NCBI GenBank assembly: GCA_043228905.1
Contig: JBHGNT010000002.1
Coordinates: 7,502,001 to 7,566,000 of the forward strand
Length of the DNA stretch: 64,000 bases
From: Azolla caroliniana
Taxonomy: Eukaryota > Plantae > Polypodiophyta
Direction of reading: 5' to 3'
Below, in pieces: positions 1 to 12,000 of the stretch; the first letter of the stretch is position 1; every line of letters begins with the position of its first letter. A model generated the notes under the pieces. It searched no databases and was not told the origin of the DNA. It saw only the letters and a list, made by a program, of their open reading frames with translations. The position numbers were made by a program, and so were the translations under genes.

Positions 1-3000
1 GTACAACAGGGGTCCAGACGAGAAGAATAACCCCAAAATTGTGTTTTTCTGCATTAGATTGAGATGTCCACTTGAGAAACAGCTCTAAAAAATTATTTCA
101 CATATAACTGGGAATGAAAACACTTATTCCTACCATTGGGGAATGCTCCTGAGCTATCTGTCACTGTCATAATTTGCTTCGTTGGTTCAATCAAGGGTTT
201 TATCTGGAAGGATGTGATTCTCAGTTGAGGACATTTACAGAAGGAACCCATGGATTAGGTATCCCTTGAATTAACCTAAAATTGTTTTACCTCCAAATAA
301 TAGCTAAACAATAGCTTACAGGTGAACACCAAAACCCAGAACAGAGTGTACCTAGTTAGTATAAAACAACAAAAGTTATAACTGCACACACATGTTTCTA
401 TACACTCAAAGTAACAGCCTTCAATTCTTGTTGGTCACTTACTTGAAAAGAACATAAGGGCTCTCGTGCATACCACGCCCAACATAGATTTGTGGCTGCA
501 GAAGTACAATATTGTTAATACTTTCTCATTTTTGTCTCACAGAAGCCATGTTTCTATGAGGTATGCAGTTGCTTTCAAAACATAAGAATAGCATTCACCT
601 GGGCCCACCATAGAAGAATTTTCACAATTGTAAGTTCTGACCGCTCAATAGCCCGCCTTAGCATTGGAAACAGGAACAAGAATGCACTGATAGCATCTGG
701 TATCAAGTAGACTAGGACAGCAGTCACATAGAGGGATGGGCTTTCGGACTTCCCTAGCCAGTTCTCTAAGATGCTCACCAATCCATTTGAGCCTTCCAAT
801 GAGTGAGCATAACAAATGGGCAAAGCGATTACCCATGCTAGGGCGGTCATCGCCTTCAAAACATATCGAAGTACATCAAGATAGTTATCTTTTCGCCATG
901 CCTTGAAGCTCAATCCAATATCCACAACAGCTGTATACGTGAGCATACAATTAAGGCTATCAAGCATACATTATACTCAGCATCACGCAAAGAAGATATA
1001 TTCTTTGGTGTCAATCTTAAGACAGAAGTATTGGAGGATTACCTTGAATCAGTCTGAGAATTGCAGATGTAATAAATATACTCAAAACCTTCTTGAAAAC
1101 AGAACCACTAAAAATGATCGAAAATGAATCACTGCCATTCCATGCTATTATAATCATAGCCTAAAAACAGAACAGCATACATGCTATGGATTCAGGATGC
1201 TTATTTTTCTAGTAGAAATCAGCTTCATTTAGTTATTGTGAATTGTAAATATATCCACCCGTATCCTAGTGGCATAGATATAACATCATGATAATATGTA
1301 TAATACCTGTAGTGATAGTATAAAAAAGGACCACATCCTGTTGAAGCTTCTAAAGATGTGCAAAAATGTGCGAGCTTCTACAAAGTTAGTTTTTCCCATC
1401 CACATAGATTGTTCATTCCCACTAGTATTTATCTGAAACCAAATCCATCGGGCAGAAATGCATTAAAACATTGTGTGATTACATATGATGATCCCACCAG
1501 TATTTCAGTATATCTGTGTATGTTGCTTACCAATGTTGTTTTCCTGTGCTGCTTGGTATTCCACTTGAAGAACTTATCATCTGATGTAATGGGCCAGCTG
1601 AGGCTGAAGCAATCTACAGACCTATTAAGAAAACATTACAAGTTTGATGTTCAGAATAGAGAAGGGTTTAGGGTTAAAATCTTGTAGAAAATAATAAGAA
1701 GTTTCCTTATTAATTCTTGAAGTTTTTACAACATTTTATATGAGAAGATGGTTATCAACAGGAGGTTTGTAGTATACCAGAAATACTCATTAAGATCATC
1801 ATAGTTGCGCCATGAAGAATGACCAGAATTTTTTGAATTGGCACAATTGAATTCCTGAAATAGAAGCATGTTAGCTGGCCACTGCATTAATTGAATATTC
1901 GAAACCTCTAAAGGAAATTCTGCAATGTCTTACCTTTTCAATGAGTTTATAAATTGGTGTAACTACTTTTAGCAGAAAAGAATCTGGATCTTGTGAATTT
2001 CCATGGTAATTTGGCTTTACATTCTCCCCTGTCACAATACTAATATTGCCAGCGAGTGTATTATCAAGATCTCCAGCCATCTGAAGTCATGAACTATATT
2101 ATTAGGCAACAATGGAAAAAGTAAATGAGAATTCTTACTGAATTCTGGTTAGTATAGTGAGAGGTTCATTATATATGTGGAGACACCTGGTGAAAGATAT
2201 AGCAAAGACATTCTGGCATGAACCTTAAGTTTGCAGCTTCTCCCCAAATCAACAAGTAAAGACCTATATACAGAATTTTGCGCTGCTGAATGTCCACATG
2301 AATACTTGGAAACCTATCGTATCAAAACAAATAGTAGTCTATTAGCATGTAACTGAACTGCTTTAGGACAAGGGTGTTCCTAAATTCCATCAAATTTGTC
2401 GTTTAGCCGAATTTGTGAGGGAAATACACTATGCAATGTTACTATGAGATTGCTTTAAAAATCAGATAGCTATATCAAGAGCAGATCTATATAAACCAGT
2501 GTCATAAACCTCTGATTAGAATATCTTTTCTTTTCAAAGTAAAGCCTCTTTTATTCTGTGAAATTCAGCTCAATAAAGAGAACTGATGTTTACATGAATA
2601 CATGGAACCTATCTTATCAAAACAGATAATGGTCTATTAGTGTGTAACTCAAGTGTTATAAGACAAGGGGTATAATGGCACTTAAATTCCATCAAATTTG
2701 CCATCTGAGGGAATTAGACTGTGCAATGTTACCATGAGGTTACTTTAAAAATCAATAACGAGAACTGATATTTACATGAATACATCGAACCTATCTTATC
2801 AAAACAGACAGTAGTCTATTAGTGTGCAACTCAGGTGTTATAAGACAAGGGTTATATTAACGGCACCTAAATTCCATCAAATTTGCCCTCTGAGGGAATT
2901 AGACTGTGCAATGTTACCATGAGGTTAGCTATCCGATTAACAGATCGGAATAAACCAGTGTCATAACTCTGGTAAGAATATTTTTTCTTTTCAAAGATAA

Positions 3001-6000
3001 ATCACTCTTATTGTATAAAACTCAGCTCAACGAAGAGAACCAGCACTAATATTGCTATTCTCATGAAAATAAGATATGAGAGATCCATTGAGCAGCCCCT
3101 TTGTCATAAATATTTCTTTATCATAGCTGCCATATTATGAAACCAATTTGAACCTTATGCAGGTACAATGACATATACAGAATTTCAGCTGGATCTACCT
3201 CATGTTATGAGCACGATGGAAGAATTTGCACCATTTTTTGTAGTTCTTAAATAGTTTGTCCATGACATCATTGAGTGCCCCATCAGACAACTGTATATAA
3301 GCTCAAATTAATTTTGACTCGCTACATAGAAAGCAGCTAGCACTAATCAAACACACAGAGTAAGTACCTTGTTTAGAGGATCTGGTCTTGGCACCTGCCG
3401 TACATGTGTATTTGCAAGCAATAAAATTAAGTGTTCTCTCTGATTTGCAACATTATCTCCCTGAAACCAACCAAATCAAATATATCCATTAAAATTCACT
3501 GCTTTTTACTTTCACCAAAGCATAAATAATTAGGCTTTCCATTTCAATCTCTGTGCATTAAAATTTTGTCACCTGGAAGCCAAAAGTAGTTTGTAACCAA
3601 TCAAAAATATCATATTTTGCGCCCATTTTCAAGTTCAACTGAGAGTCATGTAGTTCAGGTAGCCCACGGACATTTCGAAGAGCTGCTATCACTGCCTTAA
3701 TCTAGGAATAGAAAAAAGATTTCTCTTTTTAGAATTTGAAAATCTGTATTGCCATAAAACATTTAGCTTTCTTGCTATCTTTTTAAAGAAAAAAATGTTG
3801 TATTACTCCATAAGTACTAAAGGAAACTATTACGGGCATGACCATATAATATCCCGTGGTGAGAATTTACTGTAGTATTCTATACACATGGATAAGTGTG
3901 AGGGTTAAACGAGAATGTAAAGAAGGGGAGGATTACTTTTAATCCTCGGGATTGAGACAACCCATTAGGTCAAGTGTGAACTTGCCTGGGGGCCTTGGGT
4001 ATCGCTATAAATAAGAGGCCTAGCTACCCTCATTTGATCATCTTTTGACTACATCGAGACTCTGCTCTTGTGGTGGGTCAACTCTTGTAGCGAGTGCGCC
4101 AGCACTAGGTACGACTTGACGCCACGGCGGTGGTATGGGACGCCGATCGAGGCTCGAGTCCGTCTCGATCCCTTCGCTCGGGGGTGGTTGGGTGGATCGG
4201 CACCCTTCTCTCTCTTTCTCCTTTTTATCTATCATTAGTTTATCCTTATCTTAAGCTTACTTTAGTACCTAGATCTCTAATATTTGGTATCAGAGCTATG
4301 TACTAATGTTTCTTTGTTTGTCTTTTGTCTTTTGATTGATGGTGAACGATCGATGTGCGGTCGACCTTGATCCAGACAACGATCAACAAAGAACTTTAGT
4401 AACTCTTTCCGTAAAATTTTTATTTTTATTTCTATTCTCTCTTCTCCCACCTAATCATGTGTTTAGTTTGTATGTCATTTTTTTTTCATTAAGGCAATCA
4501 TGTTGTAGTGGTCTTTAATTGATTATCTAAAACGTTTACATATGTGCACGAGGTCAATACCTCGTTTGACATATAAATAATATGTGATGAGTGTCGTATG
4601 CGTACGAGGTTAATACCTCAATTACGTATTACGTTCACGAACATATGTTACGTTTGCGTATGAGTTTAATACCTTGATTTGTTGTAAAGGATATGCATTT
4701 GGTCTCGTATGCGTAAGAGGTCAATACCTCAATTGCGTATTACGATGATCTCTTATTTGTGGATGTTTCGTGTGCATAGAGGTATATACCTCGATTACAT
4801 ATCTCGATCACATCATTTGTGGCTATTTAATATAACGATATGTTTAATATAGGCATATGTGGTCACGTATATACGTATTTGATCGTATATATGTGATAAG
4901 TAAACATATGTGTATATTCGTTATTACGTGATTATATCGAAAGTTGTCCTTGTCGAGAAAAGGATGTTGGTGGCCGTCCTCACATTTTTGTGAGAATGGC
5001 GTTGTCACCATCCCTTTTTCAACAATTTTTTATTGTTGACAACCCCGTTGATGACCTCGATTTTGTTACGTAAAGAAACGCCTATAGCCATAATGATGTT
5101 GAGTACGTAGGGCTTGACCCACTTCAAGTGAGGTTGCTCCAATGACACACGTATCCAACATCCCTCCCTCGTTACATGGATATGATGCCACCATGAGCTC
5201 GTTCTTATGAGAGACATTCGTAATGACGTGACCATGTGATGGGCCACGTGGGCCTACTACGAAACGAGGGCTCATTTGGCTTGACCATTAGGTTGCACTT
5301 TGGCGTATGCCATCGTAATTACGAGACTTGAGGTTAGGTAACGTACCAACATAGTTTTGGTAAATGAGGGCGAAATAAGAACCCTTGACATATATGTTCT
5401 TTTAAAAAAAAACATATATGATCAAATGCCTCGCATATCTCTTATACACATCAAACATTAAGCATTCGAGAAGAGCAACTTACTTGGTTGGCTCAAGTGT
5501 TTAATGTATTTGTTCTCGAGGTCTCGATTTCAAATATGACCAAGACCATACAACATCCTTGATACATATGACTATAACACATGTTTAGACTTAAGGTCTA
5601 AGTGCACCTCAGGGTCCTCGTAATAGGACTTAAAGAGCCGAAACCACATATGTGGGCAAAGAAACATAGTTTATTGTTAACATTTTTTTCGGGTATAAAC
5701 TACTCATGACGCGAACATACATGGTTGAGCCTCGGGGAGCCGCCATGAAAAAATCGATATAGAGATCAGGGAAAGACATTAAATTGTCACCCCCATGGTT
5801 TTTAAAACACCTTTGTGTTACCATAGTAACCTGATCTTGAACCTCATCTCATACGTCTAGAGGGGTATTGACGTGAGATCATGATATCGATTAATGTTTG
5901 CCCATGATATGTTTACATCACGACATGATGTTATGACTATCTCTCTGACCTTATCCTATTTCTTTTCCAGAAATAATCCTTAATGGCTCAAATTAACGAC

Positions 6001-9000
6001 CCGATGTTATCCGCTCAAGCGGAAGGAACTCAAGGGAATCCTCCTGGACAAATGTCCACTGAGATGTATTTGGCACAAATAACCCAATACCTTAGTTTCA
6101 CCGCTCAACAGATGACCGAACTTCGGCAATCTCAGAGTGCTCTTGAGGCACGTGTCATTAGTCTACAACGTGAGACTAATAGACCTGATGAGCGACAAGG
6201 TGAACCATCATTTGTTGTTAAGCCATTTACGGGAGACAAAAAGGAAAGAACCGAAGAAGCAATCTGCACATGGCTGGGACGATGGGAGTCTCATTTTGAG
6301 CTCTATCCCACGCCAGATAATACGAAGATTGCATATGTTGGCCGAGAACTCGGGGGTAAGGCCGTCGCCTGGTGGCATGGGCTCCGTACTATGGGGAAAT
6401 TGCCCGATACCTGGACAAATTTTGTCACGGTTTTTAAGGGCCAATTTCTACAACCTCCCTCTTGAACCGAGGCAGCACAAGCTTTAATGAACCTCTCTAG
6501 CAGGAAATTTTCCTCGCTAGAAGACTATGTTCACCATGCTAGAACCCAAATCCAAAAATCGGGTCTAGAAGGGGACAATTGGTTGATAGCTTGTTTTGTC
6601 AATGGCATCCCCAATTCGGACTATCACTGGATAGTGCACGATAAGGATCCAAAATCCTTCGAAGAGGCCGTTGAAATAGTTCTTCGCTATCAACGCACTT
6701 CGAAGGACCACAACAAACCCAACAAAGCGCCCGAGACTAAGCAGTCGCAATTCGTTGGGAAACGCAAGACACCCAACGAATTCATGGATCGCAATTGTAA
6801 GCGATAACATCCTTTTTGTGTATTCTGCAAAAAGAAGGGTCATACAAAAGATCAATGTCGAAAGCTCCAATAGAAAGAGCACGACAATAAAGCTAAAGCT
6901 GCAGACCATAAAGGTCAGATTCCTAATGTCCTTCAGGTCTATACACATCATTTAAGTAATTGTCAATGTTCTTTCCCTCACTATGTATTGGGTCCCAATG
7001 ATTTACTACGTGCAAACGAGTATATCAATGGATCTCCCGTACAATTTTTATTTGATTCGGGAAGCTCACACAATTTTGTGAATGACCGTTTGGTTCAGAT
7101 ATGGGGAATCCAACCCACCGTAAGTGATCACACCTACACGGTGCACTTGGCTGATGGAAGACTACAATACATCAACGGGGCGATTCATTCATTAGGAATT
7201 TCTATTGATACTTATATAGAGGAAGTAGACTTCCATGTAATGAATCTTTGTACCACCGATGTAATACTGGGTTATCCCTGGTTTTATAATAAAAACTCTT
7301 CTTTATCTATTGATTGGGTTCATCATTCAATTACATTTGTACTGAACGATTGTACTCCTTTTATTCAATGTGTAAAAAAACAATCCCTCTCGATTGTTTC
7401 CTCGTGTCCATCAATATCCGAGTTGTCTTGTTCTACTCTATTTTATTGTGTACTTGATCCGGACATTCACGTTTATAATATCGATAATATCTCAATTCAA
7501 TTAACATATTTTGAACAACAACTTGATGAAATCTTAAATGATTTTCGTGATGTTTTTCCGAGTGAACTACCAGATGGCTTACCTCCTAAACGTAATATAG
7601 ACCATCGTATAGATATTGTACCTAGTGTTGCACCAATAAGTATACCTCATTATTGCTTAAGTCGATCCGAAGAGGATGAGGTATCTAAGCAACTCAAGGA
7701 CTATTTACGAATGGGTTATATACGTTATAGTAAATCTCCATGGGGTGCACCAGTTCTCTTGGTTAAAAAGAAAGAGGGCACATGGCGTATGTGTATTAAT
7801 TACCGACGCTTGAATAAAGTGACAATCAAGAATTCGTATCCATTGCCTTGGGCTGACGATCTAATTGACCGTTGTCGCGAAGTTTCGCGCGCGTGTGTTA
7901 CTTGGGCGGGACCACGGGGGTCTCGGACTAGGGAGTACTCAAGGGATAGAGAAGACCCGAGGTTTGCTTTATGACAATACTACTTCCCCACCCCTTCCCG
8001 AGCAAGGTCTCGTTCCCCTTTTGTTTTGTGAGGCCGGTGGCTCTCGTTGATCACGACTCGTCGACCTTCCGAGATCACCGTACGAGCCAAGTGACCAAAC
8101 GAGTACAAGCAAGATGAGCACGCAACATGAACGCACAAGGGGACGATAACACAAACACGAATGTCCGTACGGCTTTATGAGGAGGAGAGGTGCATGAGCG
8201 CGCCTGAACGCTCCCTCGTGACAAGACGTCGAACGTACGAGGAAGACACAAAACACATGCACAAAATGCTTGTATGCCTTTATGAGGAGGAGAGGTGCAT
8301 GGGCAAGCCCGAACGGTCCCCTCGTCACAAGACGGCCGAACGTACAAGGAAGACACAAACACACGCACAAATGCTCGTACGCCTTTATGAGGAGGAGAGG
8401 TGCATGGGCAAGCCCGAACGGTCCCCTCGTCACAAGACGGCCGAACGTACAAGAAAGACACGAATAAAGAAAGAATGAGAGAAAGAAACACGAACGATAT
8501 TGACCAAAGAGTTAAATACGTGTTTGATTCTAATGCAAGAGGACCCTTTATAAAATAGGGTTTTGTTTACAATGACAACTTATAGTTAACCACAAGCTCA
8601 ATCAAAACATAAATATTAAATGCCCTTAGAGACAAGGCAAAACCGAACACGGCGAAGACGAACACACGAGCACCACCAAAATGCCAATCCCAACGAACCA
8701 CGACCACCCGAACGGCAAGCACACGGGCTCGCAACGACGAACGGGGCGGAGCAACGTCGAGCCAACGAAGCTTGGGCTCACAAGCACGTGGCGATGGGGG
8801 GATGAAGGGGTATGAGATGAAGAAAAGTGGTGAATAAGGAGATGAAGAGCTTCGAAGGAAAATTGGCAATAGTCTCCTCCTCCCAAAAACGTCCTTCCAA
8901 ATGAGCCCCCCTCGACCTCCTTTTATAGGAAAAAAAGAAGTGGGGGGTCACCAAATTTGTCTTCAATGAAAAAGGAATAAAATTCCTTAAATCACGCTAC

Positions 9001-12000
9001 ACTGTAAGACTAGATTCGAACCGTGCACCTCTAGCTAGTAGTCAATGTGACTATCCACTAACCCACTAACTCTTTCTTATACAATATATAATTCTATCTC
9101 TATAAATTTATAGCCTGTCTCCCCTCTACCCTTTATCTCACCTCTCTCTTACTTTTTGCACGAGCTTCTATACCTCCCTTTTACCCTTTCTTTTCCTTTT
9201 TATTTTGTATATGCACAATTAATCGCTTTTGTGTGCACACACATTGCACATGCACATTTTTGACCCCCTTTTCGCCGGTTTTTCCCACCCTCGAGCACGC
9301 CACATCACGACACCGTCTCCAGGGAGCTCGGTATTTTACGAAACTTGATCTCCGTACTGGCTACCATCAAATACGAATAAGTGAGGAGGATGTTCCTAAA
9401 ACGGCATTTCGTACACGCTATGGCCATTATGAGTTTTTGGTTATGCCTTTTGGTTTGACCAATGCTCCGGCTACATTTCAACAAGAAATGAATGACATTT
9501 TCCGAGAACAACTTGGAAAATTTGTCGTTATTTTCTTGGATGATATTTTAGTTTATAGCCGTACACTACAAGAACATGTTAAACATGTCCGCTTTGTTTT
9601 ACAAACATTGCGTGACAAACAGTTTTATGCGAAGATCTCAAAATGTGAGTTCTTCACGAAATCAATTACTTATCTAGGACATCTCATAACCAAACGAGGA
9701 GTTGAAATTGATCCTTCTCGCATCGAGAAAATCAAGCTTTGGCCCACTCTACGGAATATTCAAGAAGTTCGATCATTCCTTGGTTTTGTCAGGTTTTTAC
9801 GAAAATCTCTTCGTAATTACTCCCAATTGACGACGTCGTTTATTGATCTTTTAAAAGGTCAAACACGTAAGTCTACAAAACCTATTCTGTGGAATGCTAC
9901 ACTAGACCTCGCCTTTAAGGAACTCAAGGACCTGGTTTGCAAGGCTCCTTCACTTCTTTTACCCGATCCTTCAAAACCTTTTGAGGTTGAAACCGATACA
10001 AGCGATTATGCTATAGGTGTTGTCTTATATCAAGATGGTAAACCAATAGCATTCGAGAGTAAGAAACTTGATTCTGCTCAATGTCGGTATACCGTTCAAG
10101 AAAAGGAATTATTTGCAATTACACATGCGCTCAAAACATGGCGCCATTATCTTTATGGAAATCGCTTTGTGGTAACTACGAACCACGAGTCCTTGGAATA
10201 TTTTTGTGACCAACAAGACCTGAAAGGTCGTAAGGCACGATGGGCTGATCTCATCCAAGACTTTGATTTTTCCATACGATATCGTGAAGGTTCCATGAAC
10301 ACTGTCGTTGATGCACCAAGTCGCATCCGTGAAGTTAACATGCTTAGCTTCACTGAAATAACATCAGACCTTTATGATCACCTTCGAGGAAAGTATCCTG
10401 ATGACAGTTATTTTGCAAAATATTGGGCAAGAGTTGAGTCTGGAACAGACACCACCACATCCTCGAAGGAATACTTCCACATTGCTAACGGTTTGCTCTA
10501 CTGTAATGGGAAGGTTTGTGTTCCATATTTACCCGAGGTCAAAAAGAGGATTCTTTTTTAATGCCATGATGCACCCTCAGCAAGGCACCCTGGAATACAT
10601 CGTACACTCGTTCTCGTCTCCACTCAATTTTATTGGCCTAAGATGCGTCCTGACATACATAGTTATGTGACTAAATGTCACTAGTGTCAGATTAACAAAG
10701 CCGAACGACTTAAAGCCGCAGGACTTTTACATCCCTTGGACATTCCCAATAATAAGTGGGAAAGTATATCCATGGATTTTATTGTTATCCTTCCTCGCAC
10801 CCAAAAAGGTCATGATGCCATCTGGGTTGTCGTTGATCGACTAACTAAAATGGCTAGATTTATTGCTACTAAAACCACGGTAACAGCTCCTGAATTGGCT
10901 TACCAATTCGTTGACGAATTATTTCGTTTTTATGGGTTACCAATGGATATTGTGAGTGATCGAGATCCAAAGTTTACTAGTGACTTCTGGACGCAAGTCT
11001 TTAAGAAGTTAGAAACTATGTTAAGCATGAGCTCCACGGATCATCCTCAATCCGATGGACAGACAGAACGAGTAAATCAAATTATTGAGGACATGCTTCG
11101 AGCATACGTTGGTACAAAACCAACAAAATGGGAACATTATCTCCCAATTTTGGAGTTTGCTTATAACTGCTCCAAGCATACGTCGACGGGATATAGTCCT
11201 TTTATGTTGATGTATGGTTTTCAGCCACGAGCCCTGATTGATGTTAATATACATCATGATAAGTTGCGAAGTACGCAAAACTTTCTTCGAGATATGCAAG
11301 ATATGTTGCATATTGCACGAGATAATATAAAAACAGCTCAAGATAGAGCGCGTTTTTATGCCGACCATCATAGGCAACCTCGTGTATTCAACCCTGGACA
11401 AAAGGTATTTTTACGTGTACCTCACAATTCTAAGTCATTGTCTATGGGTAAGTGCACTAAGTTAGCCCCACGGTTTTGTAGACCTTTTACAATCCTCAAA
11501 CGCATTGGGTCATCAACCTATCATCTCGCTCTTCCCGATGGTGTCGGAATTCATCCAGTCTTTCATGTGAGTCGTCTAAAAGAACTTCTAGGTTCTGGCG
11601 ACAATAAAGTTACAACTGAAACTCTAGTTACTTCTGAAGAATTATCTTCTAAACCACATGTACCAGAAAGAATTCTCGATGTTAAAACAAAAAAATTACG
11701 TACTAACGAAATTCGAGAATTTAAAATAAAATGGATGGATAAATCAATAAAAGATGCCACATGGGAACGCGAAAATACTCCTAGAACTAACTTCCCTATC
11801 TTTCCATTGCAAGAGTGCAATGTTTTAAAGAGGGGGAGTATGTTACGGGCATGACCGTATAATATCCCCTGGTGAGAATTTACCGTAGTATTCTGTACAC
11901 GTGGATAAGTGTGAGGGTTAAACGAGAATGTAAAGAAGGGGAGGATTACTTTTAATCCTTGGGATTGAGACAACCCATTAGGTCAAGTGTGAACTTGCCT

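Larger units (their letters stand above)
7873..9312 (-). mobile_element. Solo LTR (1440 bp) of a TGTCG...CGACA Gypsy family inserted into the RT of the host element
   Basis: Termini TGTCGCGA...TCACGACA. 4-bp TSD CCGT at 7869-7872 and 9313-9316; removing the insert restores [18 protein letters not shown]-like CCTATAAAAG on the minus strand at ~8920. The start resembles the LTR at 46359. Confidence 0.88.
5983..11854 (+). pseudogene. Disrupted gag-pol of the intronic Gypsy element
   Basis: Gag at 5983-6955 (stop at 6463, frameshifted CCHC region). [47 protein letters not shown]. RNase [39 protein letters not shown]. Chromodomain PERILD..FKIKW..DATWE. Several stops are present, and RT is split by the 7873-9312 insertion. 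Confidence 0.93.

Noticed and set aside
4038-4235. Short ORFs here and at 12058-12352, 43570-43801, 57941-58198 and 63266-63523
   Set aside because: They lie within LTRs; recurrence reflects LTR duplication, not genes.
4540-4802. CRISPR array
   Set aside because: Eukaryotic retrotransposon leader, degenerate repeats, no cas genes; kept only as a hairpin array.
7969-8491. Repetitive ORFs on both strands
   Set aside because: Translations of the 105-bp LTR tandem repeat.
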